Both the position numbers and the translations under genes were made by a program. Positions 38,990 through 51,564 of a stretch of DNA of 64,000 nucleotides are shown here, in pieces. The stretch is taken from contig NC_087252.1 of assembly GCF_037042905.1 (NCBI RefSeq), forward strand, positions 806,001 to 870,000. Direction: 5' to 3'. The notes under the pieces are model-generated. The model was given only the letters and a program-made list of their open reading frames with translations, was not told the origin of the DNA and ran no database searches. This DNA comes from Lytechinus pictus. Lineage: Eukaryota. The first letter of the stretch is position 1; each line of letters opens with the position of its first letter.

Positions 38990-39583
38990 AGGTCAAGTTC
39001 ACCCCAGGAAAATGCTGACTTGAATAAATAGAGAAAAATTAAACTAGAATAGTGCTGAAAATTTCATCAAAATCGGATGTAAAATAAGAAAGTTATGACA
39101 TTTCAAAGTTTCGCTTATTTTTCACAAAACAGTGATATGCACAACTAGGTGAGTCGGTCGATTATGTCCATCACTCACTATTTCTTTTGTTTTTTATTGT
39201 TTGAATTATACAAAATTTCATTTCTTATATAGATTTGACAATAAGGACCAACTTGACTGAACCATAAAGTATTAAACAAAGCTAATTCCACATGCTCAGG
39301 GAGGAATTAATCGTTATATCACTTGACAATGGGGAGAAAATTAGAATATTTCATATTTCCTATAATAAAATACAAAAGAAATAGTGAGTGGATGACGTCA
39401 TAGTCTCCTCATTTGCATACCAGCCAGGATGTGCATAATAACTGTTTTGTGAAATTAAGCGAAACTTTAAAATGTCATAACTTTCTTATTTTACATCCGA
39501 TTTTGCTGACATTTTCAGTGTTAATCTTGTTGGATTTTTCTCTTTTTATTCAAATCAACTTTTTGTTGGGGTGGACTTGTCCT
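38990..39583. mobile_element. Kolobok-like MITE family A, full length
   Basis: Same termini and body as the 35892 copy; flanks TCAA / TTAA. Confidence 0.88.
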
Positions 39584-39994
39584 TTAAAATGGTATTTTCA
39601 CCAAATGAATGAGGAATAGCATAGTAATACATGTTGATAAAGCACCAATGACGGGATTATTTTGATTATTTTCCCTTGTTAGTTTTATTGGCGATAAAAT
39701 CATTGTCACGTGATTTCAATTCAATATGATTTTATTCCATTCTATATATACAAAAGTTACATCAACAGGTAAATATATGGGTTTCAAAATACAATATTGC
39801 AATGATATAGATAAAATTACATGATTAAAATGGAAAATAGCAGTGCTGTACAAAACCCCAGAGAGCTTGTATTGACAGCCACCACAACATTAAATAAATC
39901 AATATATGTCCACCTGTTTTTTTACCTCTAACAAATATTTGAAAAATTTCCCAACACATAAAAGAAATTTAATTTTACACTCAAAATTATCTGC

Positions 39995-40316
39995 AGAGGC
40001 GGATCCAGGATTTTTCGAAAGGGGACACATTTTTCCGAGGAAAAATTTGACAAGCAATAAAAAAAAGGTTTTAACCAAAAATTAATGGTATTTCGTCCAC
40101 GAAAAAAAATTGACAAGCAAAAAAAAACACTTTCAAAAGGGGGCGGGGCACACTTCTATTTTAACGGCATTTTTACATTAAAAAAACACTTTCAAAAGGG
40201 AAGGGACACTATTCTGTTTTAACGGCATTTTTATATTACAAATTTTAATTGTGCCTCTCAAAAGGGGGGGCACGGGCCGGCTGTGCCCCCCCCCCCCGCC
40301 CCCTGCATCCGCCAGT
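39995..40316. mobile_element. Poly-G/C MITE
   Basis: CAGAGGCGGATCCAGG ... CCTGCATCCGCCAGTG inverted ends; internal duplication of about 58 bp. Confidence 0.65.
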
Positions 40317-41011
40317 GGCACCGGGGCTTATAACTATAGTTTTATATAAATTATATCTACATATATAATAGTCAACCACAATAAAATTGTTATTTGCTTA
40401 TAAAAATTAGTGTTGTTTCATTAGTATTTTTAAAGAAAATTCACACTGTAATGTATTTCAATAATTCAGGAACACACCACTCTAAATGATACTGGGATTG
40501 CGGGGCTTCTTATTTAGGGGGTGTTTCCCGGGGGTGTTTCACAAAAATTAATCAATTATTTATTTCCTGACGTACAACCGATTGGTTGGTTTGTATTTGG
40601 TGTCGATGAGTCGAGCATATAAAAGCGTGTTTAAGGCAACTGCCTTCATTTTATATGTATATCATTCTGTATTTGCTTTTGTTTGAATTAGGTAAACTGA
40701 CATTATGAGCGCTTTGAGCCATTTGGAAAAGCGCCTCATGAATAATGAGTATTATCATTATTATTATTTACACTTATTGTAGGTTTATGACATTATTGAC
40801 ACATGAATTCATTTGATGCAATTATCAAATTAATAAACTGGTGCATAAGAGTGGGGAAAAAAACAAAGGAAGGCATAATAAACTGGTGCATCACTAACCT
40901 GATTGGTCTTCTATACTCACTAATGTCCCTTTTGTCTCCTTGTTTCTAGTGTTGCTGTAGCTTGTCTGTGGTCTATATTATAGTTGTTCCACTTTATATG
41001 TTTGTCATTTT

Positions 41012-41050
41012 GCCTCCGACGAAGATTCTGCTAGGATCGAAAGCTTAGGC
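41012..41050 (+). ncRNA. Minimal hammerhead-ribozyme-like motif (Penelope-type), core variant
   Basis: GCCT-CCGACGA-A-GATTC tgcta GGATC-GAAA-GCTT-AGGC: stem I GCCT/AGGC, stem II, palindromic AAGCTT. The core has CCGA instead of CUGA. Confidence 0.5.
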
Positions 41051-41569
41051 CCCTTTTTGACTTTCTAATTATCAAATTACTTAGATAAAATACCTCTTGA
41101 GACATTTTTTTAATTTCATTGGTCATTTGTGAGGTGTAAAGGTTTTCTCCCGTCTCACTCTGTTTGTTAATTGAAGCTAATGCATAAAATATGTGGAATG
41201 CGTAAAAGATAAAGAATAAATATAACATGATAAGAAACAAATTGAGTATATATATGTTGATCATTGCGAGAACGAGTCGCAGAAAGATACACGATCAATC
41301 GTTAAGGTTACACTTAAATTGCGAGGAGCAAATACAATGATTAATATTCAAACATGAATTTCACCGTGATCATCATCACGTGGCATTTTAAGTATGAATA
41401 CTTCATTTGATATTAACGGTTTTGCGTATATTTTTGGTGAAATGGTTATTAAAGAAATACTTTCTTTCTTCAGCTAACACGATTCATTTTGTCTCCTTTG
41501 TATGCCTCGTTTTGATATTTGCAGAAACTTATACGATTAGTGGTTTTAATCAGTAGCGTAATATCCCCA

Positions 41570-41571
41570 CC

Positions 41572-41619
<48 letters not shown>

Positions 41620-41636
41620 GGACGGATGGATGGATG
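41570..41636. repeat. (GATA)n/(GATG)n microsatellite
   Basis: Directly visible. Confidence 0.95.
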
Positions 41637-42719
41637 AATAAATGATTGAAAGAATAAATGAATACATAACAACTACATAAATAAATAAATAAATATTTAT
41701 AATATAAATAAATTATCACCCCTGCTATGGAGATGCAATTTTTTAAAGTAATAACTCATCATTGACATTAATAAAGACATACCTGTTTATACAAGCAACA
41801 TTTATTAAAACTATTATTTTATAAAGTTCGTCATGCTCATTAAACACTCTAAATTGTAGGGAATTAAAAGAAATACAGATGGACTGCAGTTAAAGGAAAA
41901 ATCGAATTCTGGATTTTGTTTGATTCCTATCAATTCTAGTTTGAAATCTCGAGGGATTTGGAATAAATCCTTTGAGATTTTAAAATGATTCTGTACGATT
42001 CAAACTAAATCCTGAATTTGATTGGTCCCCTATCTATCTGGACATATTTTAAATGCCTGCAATTTAGTGTGAAGCTTGCCAGAAACCTGTCTTACCTAGC
42101 AACAGTCTATTATGCAAACATTGTGTTATCGCGGTAAAGTAAATTTAAATTTCTTCGTTATATATGTCTAATCAAGGGGATACATAAAGATATTGGTACA
42201 AGTTCGATGGAAATCCATCAAGAATAAGGTTATGAATGTTTGGTTTGTTTTGTTACGTCATGTGCTAGCAGTTACCCCAAATTTCCTGTAATATAGATTG
42301 CATCACTTCCTTATTCTTAACGGTTCACGATGGCTGAAATATCTTGCTTCGTGTAATTGTCTGATTTTACGTTGGATTCACACGTAGAATCATATCCAAC
42401 TTTCTAAGAAAATTGCATTTTATAAGTTTCATACCACATGACATATTTGGGCAGTTGAAAGCTATTCGCACGCATGACGTCACAAAATCAAAATTTTAGA
42501 TATTCGTAACTGTATTGTCTTTGGCGGGTTTTCGTGGAAAATTAATATTTTATTTTTATAATTTTTTTAAAAACTTCACTTAAAACGTCAGGGTAACCTT
42601 CTCATCATTTCCTACTGGTAAGATAATAACTATACCAGGAGGAAATTATAGATAGTATATGGACAAGGTAACGAAAGCATGTAAACAATGTGTGTCGAGA
42701 AAATCTTTAAAACTCCTAT

Positions 42720-43340
42720 TTCACAAAACAAATAATGGAGCATTATTCCAGAACAAATTGCTAATCGGGATAGATTTTAATATATGATTCCTTTTAAATG
42801 TTCATTTTCAACAAAGCTTAGATATTTTCAGTATAAAATTTTTCATGGTATCCTTGGTGTCAATAGATACTTAAACTGTTGGTTTATTACAATCTGATTA
42901 GTGTTCCTTTTGTTCAGAACACACAAACTATTGCTCATTTACTTTGGGAATGCCCCGTCACTCGTCGATTTTTAGTTGATTTTGAAAAATTCATTCTTAA
43001 AAGTGCATTTAAGTTATCTTTAATGATATTGTATTTGGCATACCAGGCGGAAATCGCTCTTTTAATTTTTTATATTCTATAATGCTAAATATTATATATT
43101 TTCTACTCGATGTTCAAAAAGTTATTTATCGTTTTCTTTATTTCAAAAGAAATTAAAATACCAACGTGAGCTAGAACGCATTAGGAATATGCAACAAATT
43201 GAGTTTATTGCAGATATTGATGGATACACGCACATCGAACTTATTTAATTTTTTGGATTTCTATTAATGTAGGCCTATAATCAATATTTGTTAGATATTA
43301 CATGCATTTTGTATTTCATTTTGTGATTCGTGGAGAAAAT
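42720..43340 (+). mobile_element. Degraded L1/Tx1-group LINE ORF2 C-terminal fragment
   Basis: Frameshifted IPFKCSFSTKLRYFQYKIFHGILGVNRYL ... CSFCSE.. TIAHLLWECP (zf-RVT-type motif). Confidence 0.75.
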
Positions 43341-44369
43341 GGAATATTCTTTTTAAAAACAGTCTCATATTTTCAATAGATAACATTTATACGTGGAATT
43401 ATCCAGGGATCTTTTGTCTTAAAAATATAATTATTTGATTTTTTTTCAGGAGTTTCGCATTTATCGCATGTGAAATAAATATACAGTATATTAACATAAT
43501 CATGCTATAATATAATAAAGTAAGCTTGTGATAAAATTATGATATAGGACTGATAAGATAAATTGAACATGAATGCAATATTGTAGGCACAAAATATAAT
43601 AATGAAGAAAAAATGTAGAGGCCAATTATTAAAGCAAAATATTCTCGAGACATGGCGTCAAAAAGAGATGGGCTTCACGGAAACCAATAAGATTACTTAG
43701 GTCTATAAGACAAATTTTGACGGCACTAAAATCATCAGTGAAGGGAAAAAAGTAAAACTACAAATGAAATGTATGCTATAGTGGGTGTGAGTGCACGTGA
43801 GAGAAATGAAAACCTGCCGGGATAGAAGATTCTAGCGAGGTTTAAAGCTTATATATTGCAGAAAAATTAAAAACCGGTAACTTGTCCATGCACCGCATTG
43901 AATAAAGGCCATTTCCCAAATTACGAGGAAAAAAATCATATTAATTGCAAAAATACAGATCAAGTAAACCTTGATACTTTCATAACAAATTGTTTTAAAG
44001 ATGATTGCACAATTTGATTAAACTACAAATGAAATGATATGCCTAGACCGAGGCTGTTGTTACATTTAAAAGATAGAAGTTATTACGAAATATATTGGTT
44101 AAATATATCTACCGCAAAGATATATTTCTTATTTTCAAATTCCTGACTATTTCCCTCAGTTTCAAACAGAAGCCTAAATGTCTCTTTAGTAATTCCGCAA
44201 TCATCATTTTCACCCACAAACTTTATCCTCTCTTGGCATATCCCCGGATATCCGAATTTAGAATATGCGCGCGCAGACCCTTTCTGTTATAGCAGCAACA
44301 TCGTCTGCGACAGACGTGCGAAATTGTCGCATTTCCCGCTAAATCAAACGGAACCCGACCTCCCGCAAA

Positions 44370-44658
44370 AAAATGATTGTTACGTCACCGCTTAAATGTC
44401 GGTCGCCTGCCAGTTGCAGAGTCACGCTTCGATGAGGTATATAAATAATTATACCTATATAGTCATAATTCATACTTTAATCCAAATAAGCGTCAACTGG
44501 AACAAATTAGGCGTGAACTTGAATATAATTACTTGACAATAAAACTGATTGGTGTCGAAGCAAGTGATTCATTTCATTTTAAACGATCGCTTAATTTCGG
44601 GAGGATTATTTCAAGTTTGGAAAGCGACTAGCTCACCTAACACCAATTCATAGTAAGT
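44370..44658 (+). promoter_or_regulatory. Candidate promoter and non-coding first exon, possibly of the 51565-58128 gene
   Basis: Locally CpG-richer stretch with TTACGTCA (CRE-like, about 44379), TATATAAA at 44438-44445, about 185 nt without ATG, then a GTAAGT donor at 44653. The next coding exon starts with ATG at its acceptor, so an upstream UTR exon is required. The link between the two is inferred. Confidence 0.4.
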
Positions 44659-45553
44659 TCTTTTCAAAATTAATATATCAAAGTGTTTATTGTTTTTTGA
44701 TGGAAATTCATTCCATTTTTGTAAGTGATTAAATAAAGCTCAGATTGTTGAGTGAAATCATAATCAAGTTATTATTAGTTGCAGATTACCTTATCTTTGT
44801 GTTTAATAAAAACAATGTTACCGTAAAATTATGAGCGATTTGAATGCTTACAATTCACATCGACAGGGATTTCACCATCAATATATTTATATATTATTAT
44901 ATATTTATCTATATATTTTCATCTACACTTCATTGACAGTTTGTCCGCTAAGGCTTAGAAAGGCAACATTTTATCAAGTTTATATCAATTTTTTTTTTCC
45001 ATTTAACCATATTCGATCGATTGGTTGATTGCCATTCGCTCTTTCGATAAAAGCCAATTGATACACTAATTTTAGTTGCAAACGGGAAAAAAAAGTTGAG
45101 GAAATATAACAGAAATGATAAAAAGAAAATTATTGACAAAGTATTTAGATTAGACTAAACAACTAGCACCAGGAAATACATAAAAGTTGTATATAACTGT
45201 TATTACTTTTGATATTTCCTTATCGTTAAAATGTTGTGAACAGACTTTTGATAAATTTCCTGAATATTTTCCTCAGTTTATAGTATTCTTTAAAATTTTG
45301 AACTGCGACTTGGTTGGTTTTGATAATCCACAAACATCAGCTGGTGTCCCTTTTGCGCTTCTTTACTATAATTCCAATCGTACTGATAATTATTATCAAT
45401 GATCTTTGTGAGAATGATTCTGGAAATGTAAAAAAAAAATAATAAATAGATAAATTGAAGAATAGAATGTCCAGTGACTTAAACATGTTAAACATTTCGT
45501 AAGATGGCAAATTGCAAATATTAGCCATTTATTGTAATAGATGATGATATTTA

Positions 45554-45749
45554 CACTCTTAAAATGTTGGGCAACATACTGTCCACACAACAACTGGTTA
45601 AAAACATTTATCCAACTCTGGGTAATTTTCAACCAATAATGTGTACTTTTCACCAAAAGCTCACATTATTAGTTTAAAACTACCCAGACTTTGATAAAGT
45701 TTTAACCAATTGTTATGTGGACAGTATGTTGCCCAACATTTTTAGAGTG
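45554..45749. mobile_element. CACT-terminated (CMC/EnSpm-like) MITE; relative at about 50580-50797
   Basis: CACTCTTAAAATGTTGGGCAACATACTGTCCACA TIR; 2-bp TA flanks. Confidence 0.75.
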
Positions 45750-45787
45750 TAAGATGTTAGTTGATCGAGTCTGGATTCATCGGGAAT

Positions 45788-45866
45788 GGAGGGACCATGG
45801 CCATGTGGTTCCACTCCTCGCACCAGACACATGAAAGTCCGGGGTTCGATCCCGACCACGGCATAC
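45788..45866 (+). mobile_element. Degenerate tRNA-derived SINE head
   Basis: TGGCCATGTGG A-box-like and GGTTCGATCCC B box. Confidence 0.45.
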
Positions 45867-48800
45867 ACTAGAATAGATAACGACCATGCAGGAAACCAAT
45901 TTGTGCACGTGTTTAACCAATAATTATTTTACCGAATCGAATTTCGATTTATTTACAATACAATTATTGTCATATCTACCTTTAGCACATTTAGATACGG
46001 GTATTCAAACAATCTTTTCAGTGGTATTGCAGAACTTCAAAATCAACATTATCGATATCACTCTTCACCGCCACCCCCAAAAAATAAATATATAGTATAC
46101 AGATATATCAGGCTTTGAGAAAGTATAGTGGGAATTATTTATCCGAGGTTGGACTGGCAATTACTATTTTCCCGAGCGAAAAATTTTTAATTGCCAGTCC
46201 AAATAACTATTTGCCTCAGCCAACCATTTAAGTTCATTCAACTAGTGACAGCCATTAGAGAAAATAAAAATAAAAATAATTGCATATACCATTGTGTCAA
46301 AACTGAATATGGGCTATCCATCAGCTTTGTATTTTGTATACGGAAAATAAATACTATACTATACTACACTATACTATACTACTAGTATACTATACTATAC
46401 GATACGATACTGTGAATAATACTTAATGATGGCTGAATATGAGATAAGTCCCTAAACAAAGGCAGTGCAGTGTTGTTTTTAATTATTTTTGTCTTCATTT
46501 TTTAAAAATATGGTTGGTTTTATATTATTTTTTGGTGAATATGTTAAACTTTGTGAATATAATTTGAAGTTTCATTCTACTCTTGATAAATACATGACCG
46601 TATGCAGAAATGTATTCCTCGGGGGACGGCATTCAAGAATACATACAATTTCCAATATGGCATTACTATATTCGAGTAAGCGAAGCAGTCGAGCTGAAAC
46701 CGAAGTTGCTTTTGTTCTTCTGTTTTGGTTATTGTAATTTCAAATTGTAACTAAATACTTTGATGCCCTCTCGGGCTATTTTCTTTTTTAATAAAAAAGT
46801 TATTTCGATTTTCACTATATTTTTGTTTGCCTTTGGGAAAGATAAGGAGACGCTTACCACCCCTTCCCCTACCACTTGGCCTTTCGATCACCCCCCCCCC
46901 CCCCACCGCCAATCTCACCCCGTTGCGTAAGACAAGTTGATAGAGATCAAATATCATATCCATTGTTTGTTTATCCTTTTAAGAAGACATGTACTCTGAT
47001 TTCATCATATTGGCAAAATTCCAAAAGAACTACGTTTCCAATAAATTTATCTTGTTAATATTCTGCAAGTTTTTGTTTTATATAATGATCTTGATTCAGT
47101 TTTTATACAGCAGACTATATTTTTATAGCGTGTTGCTTTAAGGGAAAGAAGCCAAATTCTATTCAGGTGTAATTAACATCATATAGGCACGTGGTATCAG
47201 ATTCAGCATACATAGGCCTAATTGATATTTACTGCCCTGGGATAAATATTTCAATGGAATGTATTTGATATCATTTTTAAAATCGAGTACCTTCCTTAGT
47301 TTAACCTGGTAACTCCTTGGTTTAACCTTCTCGTGTTCGGTCATTATATGCGTATACGTTGCTTCATCAGAAATAGACTTTTATTAATACTCCCATAATA
47401 GAATGTTGGTTGAAATTATGAATTTGCAAACTGTGAGATGAACAAAATTCTATGTAAAATGAAAATTATGTTGGGAGGCTGACATGACTTTGTCTGGGTG
47501 TAATACGAAACCAAGTTTTTATCTTTCCTAATGGAAGATGTGATATGATACAACGTGTTACACTCTATAAATTCCAAGGATTTAAAATAAATCCAGATCG
47601 GCTGTGAATTGTAACCAGCCGAATATTATAGATTTAGATTTAAATTTAGATATAAATCTAAAAGTTTTGAATTTAAATCTTTTGAGATGTAAAAGTTAAT
47701 CATTGAGATTTGAAATAAATTCGAATTTCGGCTGGTCACTATTCGCAGCCGACCTGGTTTTATTTTAAATCCTTGGACTATACATGTAGAGTCCAACCCA
47801 GCTAAATCTTGACGGAGAAGTGACGTCGAAAATTTGGGTGAAGTTATCAATTCATATAGGCAACACTGCATTAAACTGTTACCGCTGTTATCTTACTGTA
47901 TAAAATATAACCTTCTTTCTTAAAATCATTATTGTTTGATTTCTTATCTTTGTAACATGGTATGTCTTTGTTTCAGTTGATTTGAATGAAGAGAAAATGG
48001 CGTATATTCGGCATTACAAATCATAAGCATGCTCTATCTGATATCTTGTAAAATAATGTGTGATTATAATGTGATAGGTTTATAAGTTTTTTATAACTTC
48101 ATGCCTACTTCCAAGGTATGATAATTTGTTTCAAATTTATTTCTTGATTAACACAAACAACAAAACAAATCGAAAATCTAAAGAGTTATCAATTCCATGG
48201 GATACCCCCCCCCCCTTCCATTATTACCAAATTATATAGTCACGCCATTGTCTTCAATCTGTTATGTTAACGCATGTATTCGTAGAATTTTCTTTTAAAC
48301 CAAATACACTTCTATTATGTTTATCTACGCATTTTAGATAATCCATGGGAATTAAATTCGTATAGATTCACAGAGCCGGGATGATCTCCTTAATATGTAT
48401 AAATGCTCCCTATTTCCTCAGTATGAGTATATCATAATGTATGCTTAGATCGCCGTACAGGTATGTCATGAATTTGAAATATTTATTTTGTCTTTTATTT
48501 CATTTATATTATTTCTGGCAAAGGATATACAAGTACATGGAAAATTGAAAGACCAATCGATCGGTGGCTGGCAAGAGATAGCCAAAAGGAAACTGGTTCC
48601 GATTTAATTTGATATTATTCATATTAGTAATTGACGGTAAAATCACCAATGAGTTACAGGCTGGTTTACAAAGGGGCCGAACAAAAGTAGAAAAACATGA
48701 AACACACTTGGTAATAAAACAAAATCTATACAATTACAAAGATTAATGAAAAAGAGTTACCGATGACATCATGAGCACACAAAATCGGAAAAAATCAAAT

Positions 48801-49149
48801 CAATGTACGACCATACACAGATACATGAGTCATCTCCTCACACATAATAGCCCAAACACGAGTAGTTCTTTTTAAAGTTTAAAGTAAAGTTTCAAACTCA
48901 AGAATACGTGTTACTTTGACTTGGTCTTAATAGTGTATTGATAGCAAAGAGAGTCTTCCGTCATTGTTAGATCCCCGGTTAGATCATAATTGTCATTTAA
49001 TATTACTTTCAATTACTATATAAAAAAGCAATTAATACTTGTTTACCATGGTCTTAACTCCAAAGGCGAAATAAGGTGAGCATTTAAACATCACATTATT
49101 GAAATATTACATATCAATATTGGTATATTCATGCAAACATATTAAATGA

Positions 49150-50360
49150 ATAGATAATCCAAGGTGTTGTTTGGTTTGAAAGATACAATAGATGGCAAAT
49201 AATTCAATTAAAACAGCTTATAAGGGTAAAAAGAAATCATGTTTGAAATTAATCATTAAAGTGGGGCGAGTTGAAAAAGAAAAATGTCACACTTCTTGTG
49301 CTAAAAGTGAAAACATGATTACATCGATTATAATGGAAGAGCATTTATTTGATAAGAACGCATGATTATCGATAATCATGTAGATGTGATACATACCAAT
49401 ATCCAATCACGCAAACGTATTAGATAAATAGATCATCCGAATCCCAGGTGTTGTTTGACTTGAAAGAAACAATTAAAGACGACAAATAATTCAATTAAAA
49501 CAGCTTGAAGTGTAAAAAGAAATCATCATGTTTGAAATTAATCATTGAAGTGGGGCGAGTTAAAAAAAATGTCACACTTCTTGTGCTAAAGTGAAAACTA
49601 CAAGAGCATCTCGTTGACAATCGATAATCATGTAAATGTAATAAAGAGTACATACCAATATCCGCTCACACAAACGTATAAGATAAATAGATCATCCGAA
49701 TCCCAGGTGTTGTTTGACTTGAAAGAAACAATTAAAGACGACAAATAATTCAATTAAAACAGCTTGAAGTGTAAAAAGAAATCATCATGTTTGAAATTAA
49801 TCATTGAAGTGGGGCGAGTTAAAAAAAATGTCACACTTCTTGTGCTAAAGTGAAAACTACAAGAGCATCTCGTTGACAATCGATAATCATGTAAATGTAA
49901 TAAAGAGTACATACCAATATCCGCTCACACAAACGTATTAGATAAATAGATCATCCGAATCCCAGGTGTTGTTTGACTTGAAAGTCAAGTTCAAGTTCAA
50001 GTTCAATTTATTCAAAAACCAGACATATTATGAGTACAAATCAATGATCAGATGGTACAAAAGAATACATGATACAATATAAACGGTTTTCTAGGACCCC
50101 GAAGAAGCACAGCTTGTGAGTGGGGCCCTATACCTCTAAATAAGATGTAGATCTAAATGCATAAAATGACAAAGGAGAAACAATTAAAGACGACAAATAA
50201 TTCAATTAAAACAGCTGGAAAGGTAAAGAGAAATCATCATGTTTGAAATTAATCATTGAAGTGGGGCGAGTTAAAAAAATGTCACACTTCTTGTGCTAAA
50301 GTGAAAACATGATTAAGTCGATTATAATGGTGTTTAATATGAACGCATGTTGACTATCGA
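49150..50360. repeat. Tandem repeat of a roughly 259-bp unit (4 copies); the last is interrupted by a reverse-strand LINE-tail-like fragment (about 49985-50176)
   Basis: ATAGATCATCCGAATCCCAGGTG at 49428, 49687 and 49946, with a diverged copy at 49150; the insert begins (AAGTTC)n-AATTTATT. Confidence 0.9.
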
Positions 50361-51564
50361 TTTTAGTTATTCAGTTCAGTTCAGTTAAATTCATTTATTT
50401 CCAATTAAAAATCGCAATATAACAATTCATAAAAATATATAATAAATGAGCAAATGTAAATTTATAAAAGTGTTTCACATAAATATATATATATACTGAG
50501 TTTACCATTAAACAATAAAGGAAACAGGGAAGCTATAAAAGCCCATATTATGAAGGTTTGGTCAAGTTTCATGTGTTGTATGTTCGGCAACATACTGTCC
50601 ACAGCTGTGTTGGGTAATGTATGTTGGTAAAAAGTTATATATTCTGGGCAATTATTATCCAATTGAGCAAATTTATTACCTAATTATTCGTTTTTATTAC
50701 CCAATTAGGAAAGATTTTAACTAATAATTATGTGGACAGTATGTTGCCCAGTGATGGTTAAAAATTGGGCCTTTTTGCCCAACCTTTTTAAGAGTGTAAA
50801 TTTGCATGATAAATCAAAATAAAGTACAATGCACGAAAATTAATAAATACAACTGCAAAACCTTACATATAATAATATAGATGTTCAATAAGCATATTCT
50901 CAGGCAGGGATAACTGAAATATATCATTCAAATGTATGACAACTAAAATAATTTTCTTCGTTCATGAAGCTTACATGAACATAAAGGTTAAGTTCGATGA
51001 ACTAATAAATCTTGGCCGCAGTTATTTACCTGATCTAGGGAATCCCGCGATCAGGAAGACATGAAATATCAAGTTTATCAATTTAGATTTTAATTTTGAT
51101 TGGCAGATGACCTTTACCTGATAATCTTCTTTTTTCACGTTCCATCTCGATGTAGATAGACATAATCTCGTAGTTTATAACAACAGCTTAAAACTTTAAG
51201 TCCACATCGGAGACATGTTCATTGTCAATGTAACATTTTAAAGCGTAAGACCAGTCAGAGAACAAAATATATAAGAAAATGTTTTTTTTTTAAAGTAATA
51301 TTTTTAGATTTTGGATAATACAAGAAACCATTCTTTCTCTTTCATGTGATCTGCCACCAAAAAGCAACGAGAATAAGAATAGATCTTAAACATAAAGAAG
51401 GGAAAAAGCAGCGACAGTGCACTTAGGTCTATTCCCAAGAAAATTGGATTTTTGTAACAAAATGCGCCCCCCCCCCAAAAAAAAAAAAAAGCAAAGGGGG
51501 ATCCCCATTTGCAAACCCCTCCATTTAATTGAGACCAATCTCTCTTTCTCTTTTCGTAATTCAG

